Assembly (NCBI GenBank): GCA_016207025.1
Contig: JACQQM010000014.1
Location: forward strand, 2,815 to 66,814
Length of the DNA stretch: 64,000 bases
Direction of reading: 5' to 3'
Source: Nitrospirota bacterium
GTDB taxonomy: Bacteria; Nitrospirota; Nitrospiria; Nitrospirales; Nitrospiraceae
Position numbers and translations under genes: made by a program. Below, piece after piece: positions 39,748 through 48,982 of this stretch. Numbering within the stretch: the first letter of the stretch is position 1; each line of letters opens with the position of its first letter. The notes beneath the pieces were generated by a model. That model saw nothing but the letters and a program-made list of their open reading frames with translations. It ran no database searches and was not told the DNA's origin.

Positions 39748-40755
39748 ATGCTATCGCCAGCGCAGAACGCAGTCTGTTTGCTGTGCGGAGGCCAGGATGT
39801 CGATCGCCTGTGGGGAGGGTCCGACAAGAAGTTTCGCGGACCGGGCCGGTTCATCTATGTCCGATGCCGAGGGTGCGGACTCGTGTTTCTCCACCCCCGC
39901 CCGTCCGACCAGGAGATGGCTCAGTATTATCCGGATCATGTGACGGCCGTCCAGGGGGAAGGACAAGGCACTGGGCTCGAGAACGCTCGGCTGTGGCTGA
40001 AGCGGGTCCTCGCCGAGGAATGGTACGGGTATGCCACCAGGCATCAGACCAGCCCAGTTCGGTTGCTGCGGAAAGCGCTCGCGTTACCCTTTTGTCCGCT
40101 CCTGAGCCAGGTGCCCCGACAGTGCCCAGGCGGGCGAGTCTTGGACATCGGGTGCGGCAGCGGCGGCTATCTCGCGTTTCTTGCAAAGCTGGGCTGGACC
40201 TGTCACGGCATTGAACCTGGACCGAAAAGCAGAGCGTATGCTCAGGAGGTCTTGGGATTGACGGTTCACCAAGGCCCACTCGAATCCTGCCGGTTTCCTG
40301 AGGCGTTTTTTGACGTGGTGACGATGTGGCACGTCATCGAACACCTGCCGGATCCCTTGGGCACTCTCCGTGAGGTTCGACGGATCCTGAAACCTGACGG
40401 ACTCGTCATGCTCAGAACCCCGAACGTGGCGAGTTGGGAGGCGCGGGTGTTCCGAGGCAATTGGTACGGTCTCGACCCGCCGCGCCATCTGTTCGTCTGC
40501 TCGCCGGACACGCTCAGGGCCATGCTCGAACGAAGCGGGTTCGTGGTGACCCGGTTGCGCTATCAGTACCATTCCGTTGACTGCTCGCGAAGCCTCCTGT
40601 ACGTTTTGGAAGATCGGGGATCACCTGGTTCACGCCAATTCGCGGCGCGAGGCATCCAGTACCTCGAACTCGCGCTGATGGCGTGCGCGCCGTTGCGCAG
40701 GGTTTTGGGGCAGGGGGGAGCCATGCACGTTGACGCGCGAAAGGCGGTCTCGTGA
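39748..40755 (+). CDS. Class I SAM-dependent methyltransferase with N-terminal zinc ribbon
   Basis: CLLCGG...CRGCGL, then VLDIGCGSGGYL and HVIEHLPDP. Start at ATG 39748 (the track start at 39400 lies inside the previous GT). Confidence 0.75.
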   Translation: MLSPAQNAVCLLCGGQDVDRLWGGSDKKFRGPGRFIYVRCRGCGLVFLHPRPSDQEMAQYYPDHVTAVQGEGQGTGLENARLWLKRVLAEEWYGYATRHQTSPVRLLRKALALPFCPLLSQVPRQCPGGRVLDIGCGSGGYLAFLAKLGWTCHGIEPGPKSRAYAQEVLGLTVHQGPLESCRFPEAFFDVVTMWHVIEHLPDPLGTLREVRRILKPDGLVMLRTPNVASWEARVFRGNWYGLDPPRHLFVCSPDTLRAMLERSGFVVTRLRYQYHSVDCSRSLLYVLEDRGSPGSRQFAARGIQYLELALMACAPLRRVLGQGGAMHVDARKAVS

Positions 40756-41552
40756 CCGAGACACCGAACTTATGGGACTCCGGCGAACGGGTTCCTGCTG
40801 AGCCACACAACACGCTCTACCTGGAATTGCTGTCCGCCTACGACGCCGCGCGGAGATTGCTCCAGAACGGCATCGTGTTGGACATCGGCTGCGGCGCAGG
40901 CTACGGGTCCGACCATCTGGCGCATGGCGACCGGCACGTGCTCGGAATCGATTACGCGCCGGCCGTCGCCCGGGCGGCGGCACGTGGCTATCAACGCAGA
41001 GGCGTGTCGTTCGCCTGTATGGACGGGATGCGGCTCGGCGTGCGGAGCGCAAGCGTGGACCTCGCCTGCGCGTTTCAGGTTCTGGAGCACTTCCCCGACC
41101 AGGAGCGATTCCTCGGCGAGCTCGCACGAGTCCTGAAGCCGACCGGCCTCGCGCTCCTCTCCACGCCGAACGCCTTAACCCATGTCGGCCCCCGCAATCC
41201 GTTCCATACGCACGAGTTCAAGCCGGACGAACTCCGAACGTTCCTCGGCCGTCACTTCGCCTTCGTCAGGCTCGCCGGGCAACGTCGTCCCGAGGATATC
41301 TATGTCCTGGAGCACGCGTGCCAGCAGGTTCGGCAGTGGGATGTGCTGGACCTCAAGCGGCTCGTGCCGCGCCGGCTGATTTCGCTCGTGGTCTATACGC
41401 TTGCCCGTTGGAATCGGGTGACGCCGCCCCAGCGGATGTCGTTCGGCAGTTTTCCCCTGTCCCCGCAAACGGACAACGCCTACAGCCTGTTCGCCCTCTG
41501 CGGACACGCTCCCCTGCCTGAACAAGGGTTCGAGCCGGTTGGCGATTCATGA
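40752..41552 (+). CDS. Class I SAM-dependent methyltransferase
   Basis: VLDIGCGAGYGSDHLA, FQVLEHFPD. GTGA overlap. Confidence 0.75.
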   Translation: MTETPNLWDSGERVPAEPHNTLYLELLSAYDAARRLLQNGIVLDIGCGAGYGSDHLAHGDRHVLGIDYAPAVARAAARGYQRRGVSFACMDGMRLGVRSASVDLACAFQVLEHFPDQERFLGELARVLKPTGLALLSTPNALTHVGPRNPFHTHEFKPDELRTFLGRHFAFVRLAGQRRPEDIYVLEHACQQVRQWDVLDLKRLVPRRLISLVVYTLARWNRVTPPQRMSFGSFPLSPQTDNAYSLFALCGHAPLPEQGFEPVGDS

Positions 41553-43732
41553 ATCGTCCGGACGTCTCCATCATCATCGTCAGTTGGAACACGAAAGCCC
41601 ACCTGGCGCAGTGTCTGTCGGCCATCGCCCCGGCAGCGGGGGGCGTGACTGTCGAGGTCATCGTGGTGGACAACGGGTCCAGCGACGGAACCCAGACAAT
41701 GCTGGCCCAGCAGTTTCCCCACGTCCGGTTGATCCAGAACCAGGAGAACCTCGGCTTTGGGCGTGCCAACAATATCGGGGCACGGGAGAGTAGGGGCAGG
41801 ACCCTCCTGTTGCTCAACAGCGATTGCGACCTCGCGCCCGGTGCCCTCAAGACCATGATCGACGCGCTCGAGCAGGATCCCGCCCTCGGTGGACTGTTCT
41901 GCCGGTTGCTGAACCCTGATGGGTCATTGCAACCCTCCGTCCACCGGTCCTTTCCATCACCCTGGAGCCTGCTCGGTGACCTGTGCTTTCTCCCGTCCCT
42001 CCGGTACGCGGTGTACCGTCGGCCGACCCTCCACCGGTGGCTACTCCGTTCGACCATCAGGACACACCAGTACGCCCAGGACGTGGCATGGGGCGGTGGG
42101 GCGTGCATGCTCATCAGGCGAACTGCCTTCGAGGCGGTCGGCGGCTTCGATGAACGGTTCTTCCTCTACTGCGAAGACATGGATCTCTGCAAACGACTTC
42201 GTGACGCAGGCTACCGACTGCGCTATTTACCCGAATCGTCCGCCGTTCACCATTGGGGCGCTTCCACCGTTCAGACCCCGGCGGCCGTGCTCCGAGAAGC
42301 GTACCGGAGCCGGGGCTATTATTTCGAGAAACATTTCCCAGGCTGGGGCGGGACCGTTGCCCGGTGGATGGCGGTCGGAGAACTGGGAATCCGACGCGCT
42401 GTGTTCACCCTCCTGGCCCTCGTCTCGACACAACATCGGCAAGCCTATCGTGATCGGGCGTGGGCAAGCGCAGCCTGCATGCAGGACATCAGGAGGTTCC
42501 AGGGGCATCCAGCCGAACGTCAGGCACACAGCAGGCCAGATAGCCTCTATCTTTTTCTTATTCTCGTAGTATTATTAAGTCTTTTCAGGTACTTTCACGA
42601 TGTACTTAAATATTTAGTTGAATCACCATTTATTGATTTCGCCCATTACTACACTTATGCAACCCTGGTGTCGCTCGGCCAGGATCCTTTCGATCCCACC
42701 GTCGTCGCGCGCGTAGATGACTTGCTCCAGATCCGCCGGGCAGGGGCTGCGGCGAACTATCCACCGCTGTTTTACCTGTTCATGCAGCCCTGGGTGTGGC
42801 TTCCGTTTCGCCCGGCAACAATCCTCTGGTTCACGGTCAATCAACTGTGCCTGCTCGGCGCGCTTGTCCTCTGCTTCCGGCACGGCCCTCCACCGTCGCC
42901 GGTGCGGGTCGGAGCGGTGCTGTTCGTCGCGCTGAACTACCAACCCCTCATGGAAAGCCTCGCTCTGGGGCAGACCAACGTGGTCCTGTTATTCCTCGTC
43001 ACACTCGCATGGTGGGGTCTGCATGAAGGACATCCCTGGCTCGCGGCTGGTGCTGCAGCGGCAACCGTCCATATGAAGCCGCAGTACGGCCTTTTGCTCC
43101 CGCTGCTGTGGTGGATCGGAGAGCGGCGCGTTGCCGCCCGCGCCCTCCTGGTTGCCGGCCTGGGGTTGGGGGCGAGCCTCGTCATGCTGGGGCCGACTCA
43201 TCACCTCCAGTACCTCCGCTACGTGCTCTCGATGCCGGATTACCTGGTGACCTGGACCGCGAACCTGTCCCCGCGGGCCACGCTGCACCGTCTGCTTGAC
43301 GCCCCCGGGCAAAGCCGCCTTCTCGCCGACGGCCTGACACTGGCCTTTGACGGAGGAATCCTGGCCTTGTTCGCACGGGCTCTCCCGCGCACCATACCGG
43401 CCGGCTCCTCCGCTCTAGACTGGTCGTGGGGCCTTGGTTTGGCCGCTATGCTGTTGCTGTCCCCGTTGACGGAGGAACACCACCTGGTGGTGCTCCTCCT
43501 GCCCTTGGCGCTTCTCATCTTGGGCGGGCCTGTGAATCTCATGCGGCCGAGTGACTCGATCTTACTTGTCGGCGCCATTCTTCTGCTGGGAAGCCGCTAC
43601 TCGCTGGAGCAATTTCCAATGTTTCATCAGGGCTGGCTCTCCCTTCTCGCAACGGGCAAACTGTTGGGCGTCATGGCTGTGGCCTGGATCCTTCTCCGCT
43701 GCCTCCGGGACTCAGGAAGGCCCCCGTCATGA
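41549..43732 (+). CDS. Fusion: N-terminal GT2 glycosyltransferase + C-terminal GT87/DUF2029-like GT-C membrane domain
   Basis: The N-terminus has VSIIIVSWNTKAHLAQCLSAI, VDNGSSDGT, NLGFGRANN and CEDMDLC. The C-terminal ~400 aa are polytopic, with DFAHYYTYA, NYPPLFYLFMQPW and LGQTNVVLLFLV paralleling the 34897 gene. Confidence 0.7.
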   Translation: MNRPDVSIIIVSWNTKAHLAQCLSAIAPAAGGVTVEVIVVDNGSSDGTQTMLAQQFPHVRLIQNQENLGFGRANNIGARESRGRTLLLLNSDCDLAPGALKTMIDALEQDPALGGLFCRLLNPDGSLQPSVHRSFPSPWSLLGDLCFLPSLRYAVYRRPTLHRWLLRSTIRTHQYAQDVAWGGGACMLIRRTAFEAVGGFDERFFLYCEDMDLCKRLRDAGYRLRYLPESSAVHHWGASTVQTPAAVLREAYRSRGYYFEKHFPGWGGTVARWMAVGELGIRRAVFTLLALVSTQHRQAYRDRAWASAACMQDIRRFQGHPAERQAHSRPDSLYLFLILVVLLSLFRYFHDVLKYLVESPFIDFAHYYTYATLVSLGQDPFDPTVVARVDDLLQIRRAGAAANYPPLFYLFMQPWVWLPFRPATILWFTVNQLCLLGALVLCFRHGPPPSPVRVGAVLFVALNYQPLMESLALGQTNVVLLFLVTLAWWGLHEGHPWLAAGAAAATVHMKPQYGLLLPLLWWIGERRVAARALLVAGLGLGASLVMLGPTHHLQYLRYVLSMPDYLVTWTANLSPRATLHRLLDAPGQSRLLADGLTLAFDGGILALFARALPRTIPAGSSALDWSWGLGLAAMLLLSPLTEEHHLVVLLLPLALLILGGPVNLMRPSDSILLVGAILLLGSRYSLEQFPMFHQGWLSLLATGKLLGVMAVAWILLRCLRDSGRPPS

Positions 43733-45042
43733 CCTCGCTGGCCGCCCCCCCCGCCACCCCTCCAGATTTAGCGATCGTCATTCCGGCATGGAACGAGCGG
43801 GAGAATCTCGAACTGCTCCTTCCGGCCCTGAAGGAGATGATCACCGGGTTGAACCTGACGGCAGAAATCCTGGTGGCCGACGGCGGGTCTCACGATGGGA
43901 CGCGCGAAGCCGCGGAACGACGAGGAGCCCGCGTGGTGCTCCAGCAAGAACGGGGGTACGGCGGGGCGCTGCTGGCCGGGTTTGCGGCCACCTCGGCCCC
44001 CTACATCGTGACCATGGACGCCGACCTGTCCCACCGACCGGTTTTCTTGGAGGAGCTTTGGCGACGGCGCCATGAGGCTGAGCTGCTGATCGCCTCACGC
44101 TATGTAGCCGGCGGCCGAGCGGACATGGGAACGATCCGGAAGCTGTTCAGCCATGTGTTGAACCGTACCTACCGCCGGATGCTGTCCCTGCCGCTTCATG
44201 ATCTCTCCAGCGGGTTCCGGATGTACCGCCGCGATGTCGTGGCGATATTGCGCTTGACCGCCCGTGACTTCGACGTGCTGGAAGAAATCCTGGTCCGAGT
44301 CCACGCCGAAGGCTGGCGGATCCGAGAAATCCCGTTCCACTACATGTCCCGTGGTTCCGGCAGCTCGCACGTGCGGTTTATCAAGTTCGCGTGGGCGTTT
44401 CTGAAAACGCTGGGGCGGATGTGGAGGCTTCGCAATTCGGTCGCCTCCGCCGACTACGACTATCGGGCGTTTGACAGCCCGATTTGGCTGCAACGGTATT
44501 GGCAGCGGACTCGCCACCGGCTCGTCCTGGAGTTCCTCGAAGGGCAGAAAGAAGTCTTGGACATCGGGTGCGGGTCCAGCCGCATCATCGTCGATCTGCC
44601 GGCCGCCATCGGAATGGACATCCTTCAGAACAAGCTCCGGTGGCTTCGGTCTTGCCATCACCGCCTGGTCAGAGGGAGCTGCGACCGGTTGCCGTTTCGA
44701 ACCGGGAGCTTTGCCGCTGTCATCAATTCCGAGGTGATCGAGCACGTGCCGGATGTGCCGGACATTCTGACGGAGATGTGGCGGGTCCTTCGGCCCGGAG
44801 GGATTCTGATTCTGGGGACGCCGGACTATGGTCGCTGGCTCTGGTGGATCCTGGAGTGGATCTACGGGAAAGTGCATCCGGGGGGCTATGCCGAGGAACA
44901 CATCACCCACTTCACCCGTGAGGAGTTGGCCGAACGGCTTCGGGCTGCCGGTTACGAGATTCTGGACTGCCGGTACGTGGGATTCTGCGAGATGATTTTC
45001 AAAGCGCGCAAACCCGGCGCGGCGAAAACGGGGCTCGCGTGA
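43729..45042 (+). CDS. Fusion: polyprenyl-phosphate sugar synthase-like GT2 (DPM1/GtrB type) + class I SAM methyltransferase
   Basis: LAIVIPAWNERENL, VADGGSHDGT, VTMDADLSH and SGFRMYRR form the GT2 part. VLDIGCGSSRI...VIEHVPD...LRPGGILILGTP is the MTase part. Confidence 0.75.
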   Translation: MTSLAAPPATPPDLAIVIPAWNERENLELLLPALKEMITGLNLTAEILVADGGSHDGTREAAERRGARVVLQQERGYGGALLAGFAATSAPYIVTMDADLSHRPVFLEELWRRRHEAELLIASRYVAGGRADMGTIRKLFSHVLNRTYRRMLSLPLHDLSSGFRMYRRDVVAILRLTARDFDVLEEILVRVHAEGWRIREIPFHYMSRGSGSSHVRFIKFAWAFLKTLGRMWRLRNSVASADYDYRAFDSPIWLQRYWQRTRHRLVLEFLEGQKEVLDIGCGSSRIIVDLPAAIGMDILQNKLRWLRSCHHRLVRGSCDRLPFRTGSFAAVINSEVIEHVPDVPDILTEMWRVLRPGGILILGTPDYGRWLWWILEWIYGKVHPGGYAEEHITHFTREELAERLRAAGYEILDCRYVGFCEMIFKARKPGAAKTGLA

Positions 45043-46142
45043 TCCAGCTTGGCATGGATGGCCGTGAGCTGGCAGCCGGGGCCCGCACCGGAATCGGCCG
45101 GTACGTCCTCGAAGTCTTGCGCGCTGCCTCTCAGGACGGGTGGCACTGCATGGTGTACGGTGATGACTCAACACGCCTCGACGTCACACTGCCGAACGCC
45201 ACTTTCCGCGTATTGAACAGACGCTGGACGCCATGGTGGGATCAGGTGACCTTGCCTCGCCATCTTGCCCGGGACCGAGTCTCGGTGTTCCTTTCCCCGT
45301 ACTACAAAGGTCCGCTGTTTGCCCCCTGCCCGGTCGTCCTCACGATCCATGATCTTTTTTTCATTACCTATCTGGGAAAACGGCGGCTGGTTTATGATGC
45401 CGTCATGACCCGGCTCGCGCGGCTCTATGCCAACCGCGCGGCTGCCATTCTCGCGGACTCTGAGTATTCGAAGCGAGCCATCGTGGAACGGCTTGGCATC
45501 AACCCTGCGAAGGTGACCGTGATCCCCATCCCCCTCAGCGCGGAGTTTCAGGAGACGCCCTTGAGCGACGACGTGCGGCACAGGTACGGGATCACCGCCC
45601 CCTACATTCTCTATGTCGGGAACTTCAAGCCCCACAAAAATCTGCCCCGCTTGCTGCACGCGTTCGCAGGACTCAGCGAGCCACTCCGGAAATCGCACCA
45701 ATTGATTTTGGCGGGAGGCGATCAGGACTATCGGCCGGCTCTCCAGAAGCTGGCCCAGCAACTCGGACTGGCCGACCGCGTCCTGTTTCCTGGACTGATC
45801 GAAGATCGGGATCTCCCGCTTCTCTATAGCGGATGCGCGCTGTTCGTCCTGCCTTCTCTCGAAGAAGGGTTTGGATTGCCGGCGCTGGAAGCGATGGCGT
45901 GCGGAGCCCCGGTGGTGGCGGCCAATCGAGCGGCGATTCCCGAGGTGGTCGGAGAGGCGGCGACCTTGTTCGATCCGGAAGACATTGCCGCCATCACCTC
46001 GGCCATGGCCACCGTTCTGACTGAGGCCGAGATCAACAAGAGCCTCAGGTGCCGGGGACGTCTCCGGGCGAAGGAGTTTTCCATGGACCGCAGCACGGGG
46101 CGCCTCTTGGCGCTGCTCCGCGAAATCAGTGCAGGGCGATGA
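45039..46142 (+). CDS. Family 4 (GT-B) glycosyltransferase
   Basis: GIGRYVLEVL, and C-terminal EEGFGLPALEAMACGAPVVAANRAAIPEV. GTGA overlap. Confidence 0.8.
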   Translation: MIQLGMDGRELAAGARTGIGRYVLEVLRAASQDGWHCMVYGDDSTRLDVTLPNATFRVLNRRWTPWWDQVTLPRHLARDRVSVFLSPYYKGPLFAPCPVVLTIHDLFFITYLGKRRLVYDAVMTRLARLYANRAAAILADSEYSKRAIVERLGINPAKVTVIPIPLSAEFQETPLSDDVRHRYGITAPYILYVGNFKPHKNLPRLLHAFAGLSEPLRKSHQLILAGGDQDYRPALQKLAQQLGLADRVLFPGLIEDRDLPLLYSGCALFVLPSLEEGFGLPALEAMACGAPVVAANRAAIPEVVGEAATLFDPEDIAAITSAMATVLTEAEINKSLRCRGRLRAKEFSMDRSTGRLLALLREISAGR

Positions 46143-47014
46143 CCAGCAGACCCGGCGAGCTGCTCCTATGTCCATGCGGGCACGCACCTGCGACCGTAAC
46201 CACGTGTGGCAAGAGCCCGTCGCTGCTTCGATGTCGGCACTGCGGCCTCCTGGCAAGGGTCCAGATGCCGTCTGAGCAGGAGCTGCGGCGATGGTATCAG
46301 GAGCAGTACTGGACGTTGTACCAAACAGAACAGTTAGGACCTGGGCGCGGGAATGTGTTTGCCCATGCGCTCGAATGGCTGCACCACCTCACTCCGCATC
46401 CGGGAACTCTGGTGGACGTCGGATGTGGGGCGGGACAGTTGCTCGCGCTCTGTCGAGAACGACTGTGGAGAGGCATTGGCTTCGATCCCTCCAGTGCGGC
46501 CGTGGCGCGTGCCCAACGCCTAGGCCTCGAGGTGTACGCGCAGCTTTGGCCACCGTGTCCGCTTGACGACGAGACTGCGGATGCAGTCACTTTCATTAAT
46601 GTTTTAGATCACTTGCACGACCCATTTCAAGCGCTCCAGGAGGCCTGGCGAATCCTCAAGCCGGGAGGGCTCCTGTATATCCGAGTTCCGAATGGACCGG
46701 TCCATGTCAGGCTGATGCGCCTTTTGTCGGCTGCACGGTTGGATCACCTGACCGTCTTCCATCTGTACGGTTTTGGCCGCGGCGCCTTTCTTTACCATCT
46801 GCCTCGTCTCGGATTCACCGTCGTAGCCGTGCAGACGGCTCCTCCTACGCAGGGAGACGCCTATAAAGATACAGCGCGGTGGACGACCGTGCTGAAGCGT
46901 TTTCTCAAGGTGGCAGACCGTCTTGCCTACCGAGTCTTAGCCAGTCTCGGCCTGGATCGGCGAGCCTGGGGCCTCTCCATCGAGGTGATGGCCCGGAAAG
47001 TGCATTTGGCATGA
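46139..47014 (+). CDS. Class I SAM-dependent methyltransferase with N-terminal zinc ribbon
   Basis: CPCGH...CRHCGL, then LVDVGCGAGQLL and LKPGGLLYIRVPN. Start at ATG 46139 (ATGA overlap). Confidence 0.75.
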   Translation: MTSRPGELLLCPCGHAPATVTTCGKSPSLLRCRHCGLLARVQMPSEQELRRWYQEQYWTLYQTEQLGPGRGNVFAHALEWLHHLTPHPGTLVDVGCGAGQLLALCRERLWRGIGFDPSSAAVARAQRLGLEVYAQLWPPCPLDDETADAVTFINVLDHLHDPFQALQEAWRILKPGGLLYIRVPNGPVHVRLMRLLSAARLDHLTVFHLYGFGRGAFLYHLPRLGFTVVAVQTAPPTQGDAYKDTARWTTVLKRFLKVADRLAYRVLASLGLDRRAWGLSIEVMARKVHLA

Positions 47015-47060
47015 ACGCGATCGGTCGAATCCCTAACGGCAGCGGAGTGTAGCAGAACCG

Positions 47061-48959
47061 ATGTGCGGAATCTGCGGATTTACCGGCGACGGCGACCAAG
47101 CGCGGCTGGCCCGCATGCTCCGTCGGCTTGAACATCGCGGCCCGGATGAAGAGGGACTGCATCACGAACCGGGCATCACGCTTGGCGCCAGACGACTGCG
47201 CATCATCGACCCCGAAGGCGGCCATCAACCAATTGCAAACGAAACCGGCACGATCTGGGTGGTCCTGAACGGGGAGATCTACAACTACAGAGAGCTGCGC
47301 GACGAATTGACCCAAAAGGGCCACCGCTTCGTCTCGCAGTGCGACACTGAGGTTCTGGTCCATCTGTATGAGCAGGAAGGAGAAGAAGGCATCCACCGGC
47401 TGCGCGGCATGTTTGCGTTCGCGCTCTGGGACCGTGAGCGGCAGACGCTGCTGCTCGTTCGGGACCGGATGGGCATTAAGCCGCTCTACTATGCGATCCA
47501 GCCGGAAGAAGCGGGCGGAACAAGCACCGTGGTCTTTGCGTCGGAATTGCCAGCTCTCCTCTCCGCCGTATCGCCTCGCTCCATTGATCCACGGGCGTTG
47601 GCCCAGTACCTGTCCCTGTTGTATGTGCCGGCTCCTCGAACGGTCTTCGAGGGCGTGCAGCAACTGCTCCCCGGCGAACTGCTCAAAACCGTGAATGGCC
47701 GGGTCGAGACACGGCGGTATTATCATCCGGCGCGCGCCGTCGCACGATCACCCAGCACGTCACCGTCTGATGCGGTGGAGCCCTTTCTGGAGCGCCTGCG
47801 GGGTTCGGTTCGCGCGCATCTGGTGAGCGACGTGCCGCTCGGGCTGTTCCTGTCGGGAGGACTCGACTCAGGCGCCATCCTGGCCATGATGCGCGCCGTG
47901 ACGAACGGGACGATCCGCAGTTTCTCGATCGGGTACGACGAGGCCGCCGACCAAGCCTTTGACGAACTCGATGCAGCCCGCGCGCTGGCACGCCATTTCG
48001 GCACCCACCATACAGAGGAGCGGCTTCGCCCGGACGCCGTCACACTCCTGCCCAAGATGGTCGCAGCCATGGGCGAGCCGTTTGCCGACTCCTCCGCGAT
48101 CCCGACCTACCTGGTGTCAGAAGTGGCCCGGCGATCTGTCGAAGTGGCGCTCTCGGGAATCGGAGGGGATGAGTTGTTCGGCGGGTATCCGCGCTATCTG
48201 GGTATGCGCCTGGCGGAGCCCTACGCGCGCCTGCCGGTCGCGGCGCGCGCCTGGGTCTCGGCGCATATCGCCCCGTGGCTCCCTGAGGGTCACGGCAATC
48301 GAGACCAAGTCGGTCGGCTGAAACGATTCCTTCGAGAGGGGCATCAGCCGGCCGCTATCCAGTACCTCCGATGGATCACGTTTCTTCCGCCGGAGTGGGG
48401 ATCGTCGGCCTTCTCCCCCGAGTTCCTGGAGCAGGCCGAGTGGGGTGCCGTGGACCGCGCGTACAGCGCGGCCTTCGACAGTTGGCCGTCCCAGGATCTC
48501 GCCGATCGGGCAATGGGGCTTGATCTCCAGACCTACCTTCCCGATGACCTGCTCCGGATGGGCGACCGGCTCAGTATGGCCCATTCGCTTGAGTTGCGCG
48601 TGCCGTTTTGCGACCATGAGTTACTGTCCTTTGCACTTATGCTCCCGACGTCGGTCCGGTTCACAGGGTGGAGATTGAAGGGATTCATGCGCGAGGCGTT
48701 GCGTCATGTGCTCCCGCGCACGACGCTGGCCCAGCCGAAATTCGGGTTCCAAGTGCCGCTGGCACGGTGGCTCCGAGAAGACCTGCGGGAGATGCTCCAT
48801 GACCTCCTGTCGAACGACGCGGTCCGCCGCCGCGGATGGCTCAGACCGGAGTATGTCCGCTGGCTGCTGCATGAGCACGAGACCGGCGCACGCAATTTTG
48901 CCGATCAACTGTACTCGTTGCTAGTTCTGGAGCTCTGGCACCGGACCTGTGAAGCGTGA
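47061..48959 (+). CDS. asnB: Asparagine synthase (glutamine-hydrolysing)-family amidotransferase, EPS-locus type
   Basis: MCGICGF N-terminal nucleophile, and the PP-loop LFLSGGLDSGAI. Confidence 0.85.
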   Translation: MCGICGFTGDGDQARLARMLRRLEHRGPDEEGLHHEPGITLGARRLRIIDPEGGHQPIANETGTIWVVLNGEIYNYRELRDELTQKGHRFVSQCDTEVLVHLYEQEGEEGIHRLRGMFAFALWDRERQTLLLVRDRMGIKPLYYAIQPEEAGGTSTVVFASELPALLSAVSPRSIDPRALAQYLSLLYVPAPRTVFEGVQQLLPGELLKTVNGRVETRRYYHPARAVARSPSTSPSDAVEPFLERLRGSVRAHLVSDVPLGLFLSGGLDSGAILAMMRAVTNGTIRSFSIGYDEAADQAFDELDAARALARHFGTHHTEERLRPDAVTLLPKMVAAMGEPFADSSAIPTYLVSEVARRSVEVALSGIGGDELFGGYPRYLGMRLAEPYARLPVAARAWVSAHIAPWLPEGHGNRDQVGRLKRFLREGHQPAAIQYLRWITFLPPEWGSSAFSPEFLEQAEWGAVDRAYSAAFDSWPSQDLADRAMGLDLQTYLPDDLLRMGDRLSMAHSLELRVPFCDHELLSFALMLPTSVRFTGWRLKGFMREALRHVLPRTTLAQPKFGFQVPLARWLREDLREMLHDLLSNDAVRRRGWLRPEYVRWLLHEHETGARNFADQLYSLLVLELWHRTCEA

Positions 48960-48982
48960 AGCGTCAGGCGCGAAGCGTGAGG

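Noticed and set aside
44095-46256. Two long minus-strand ORFs (359 aa and 362 aa)
   Set aside because: They are antisense to the GT2-MTase fusion, a GT4 and an MTase, all with clear motifs. They have no motifs of their own, and they would break the 4-nt overlap chain of the + strand operon.
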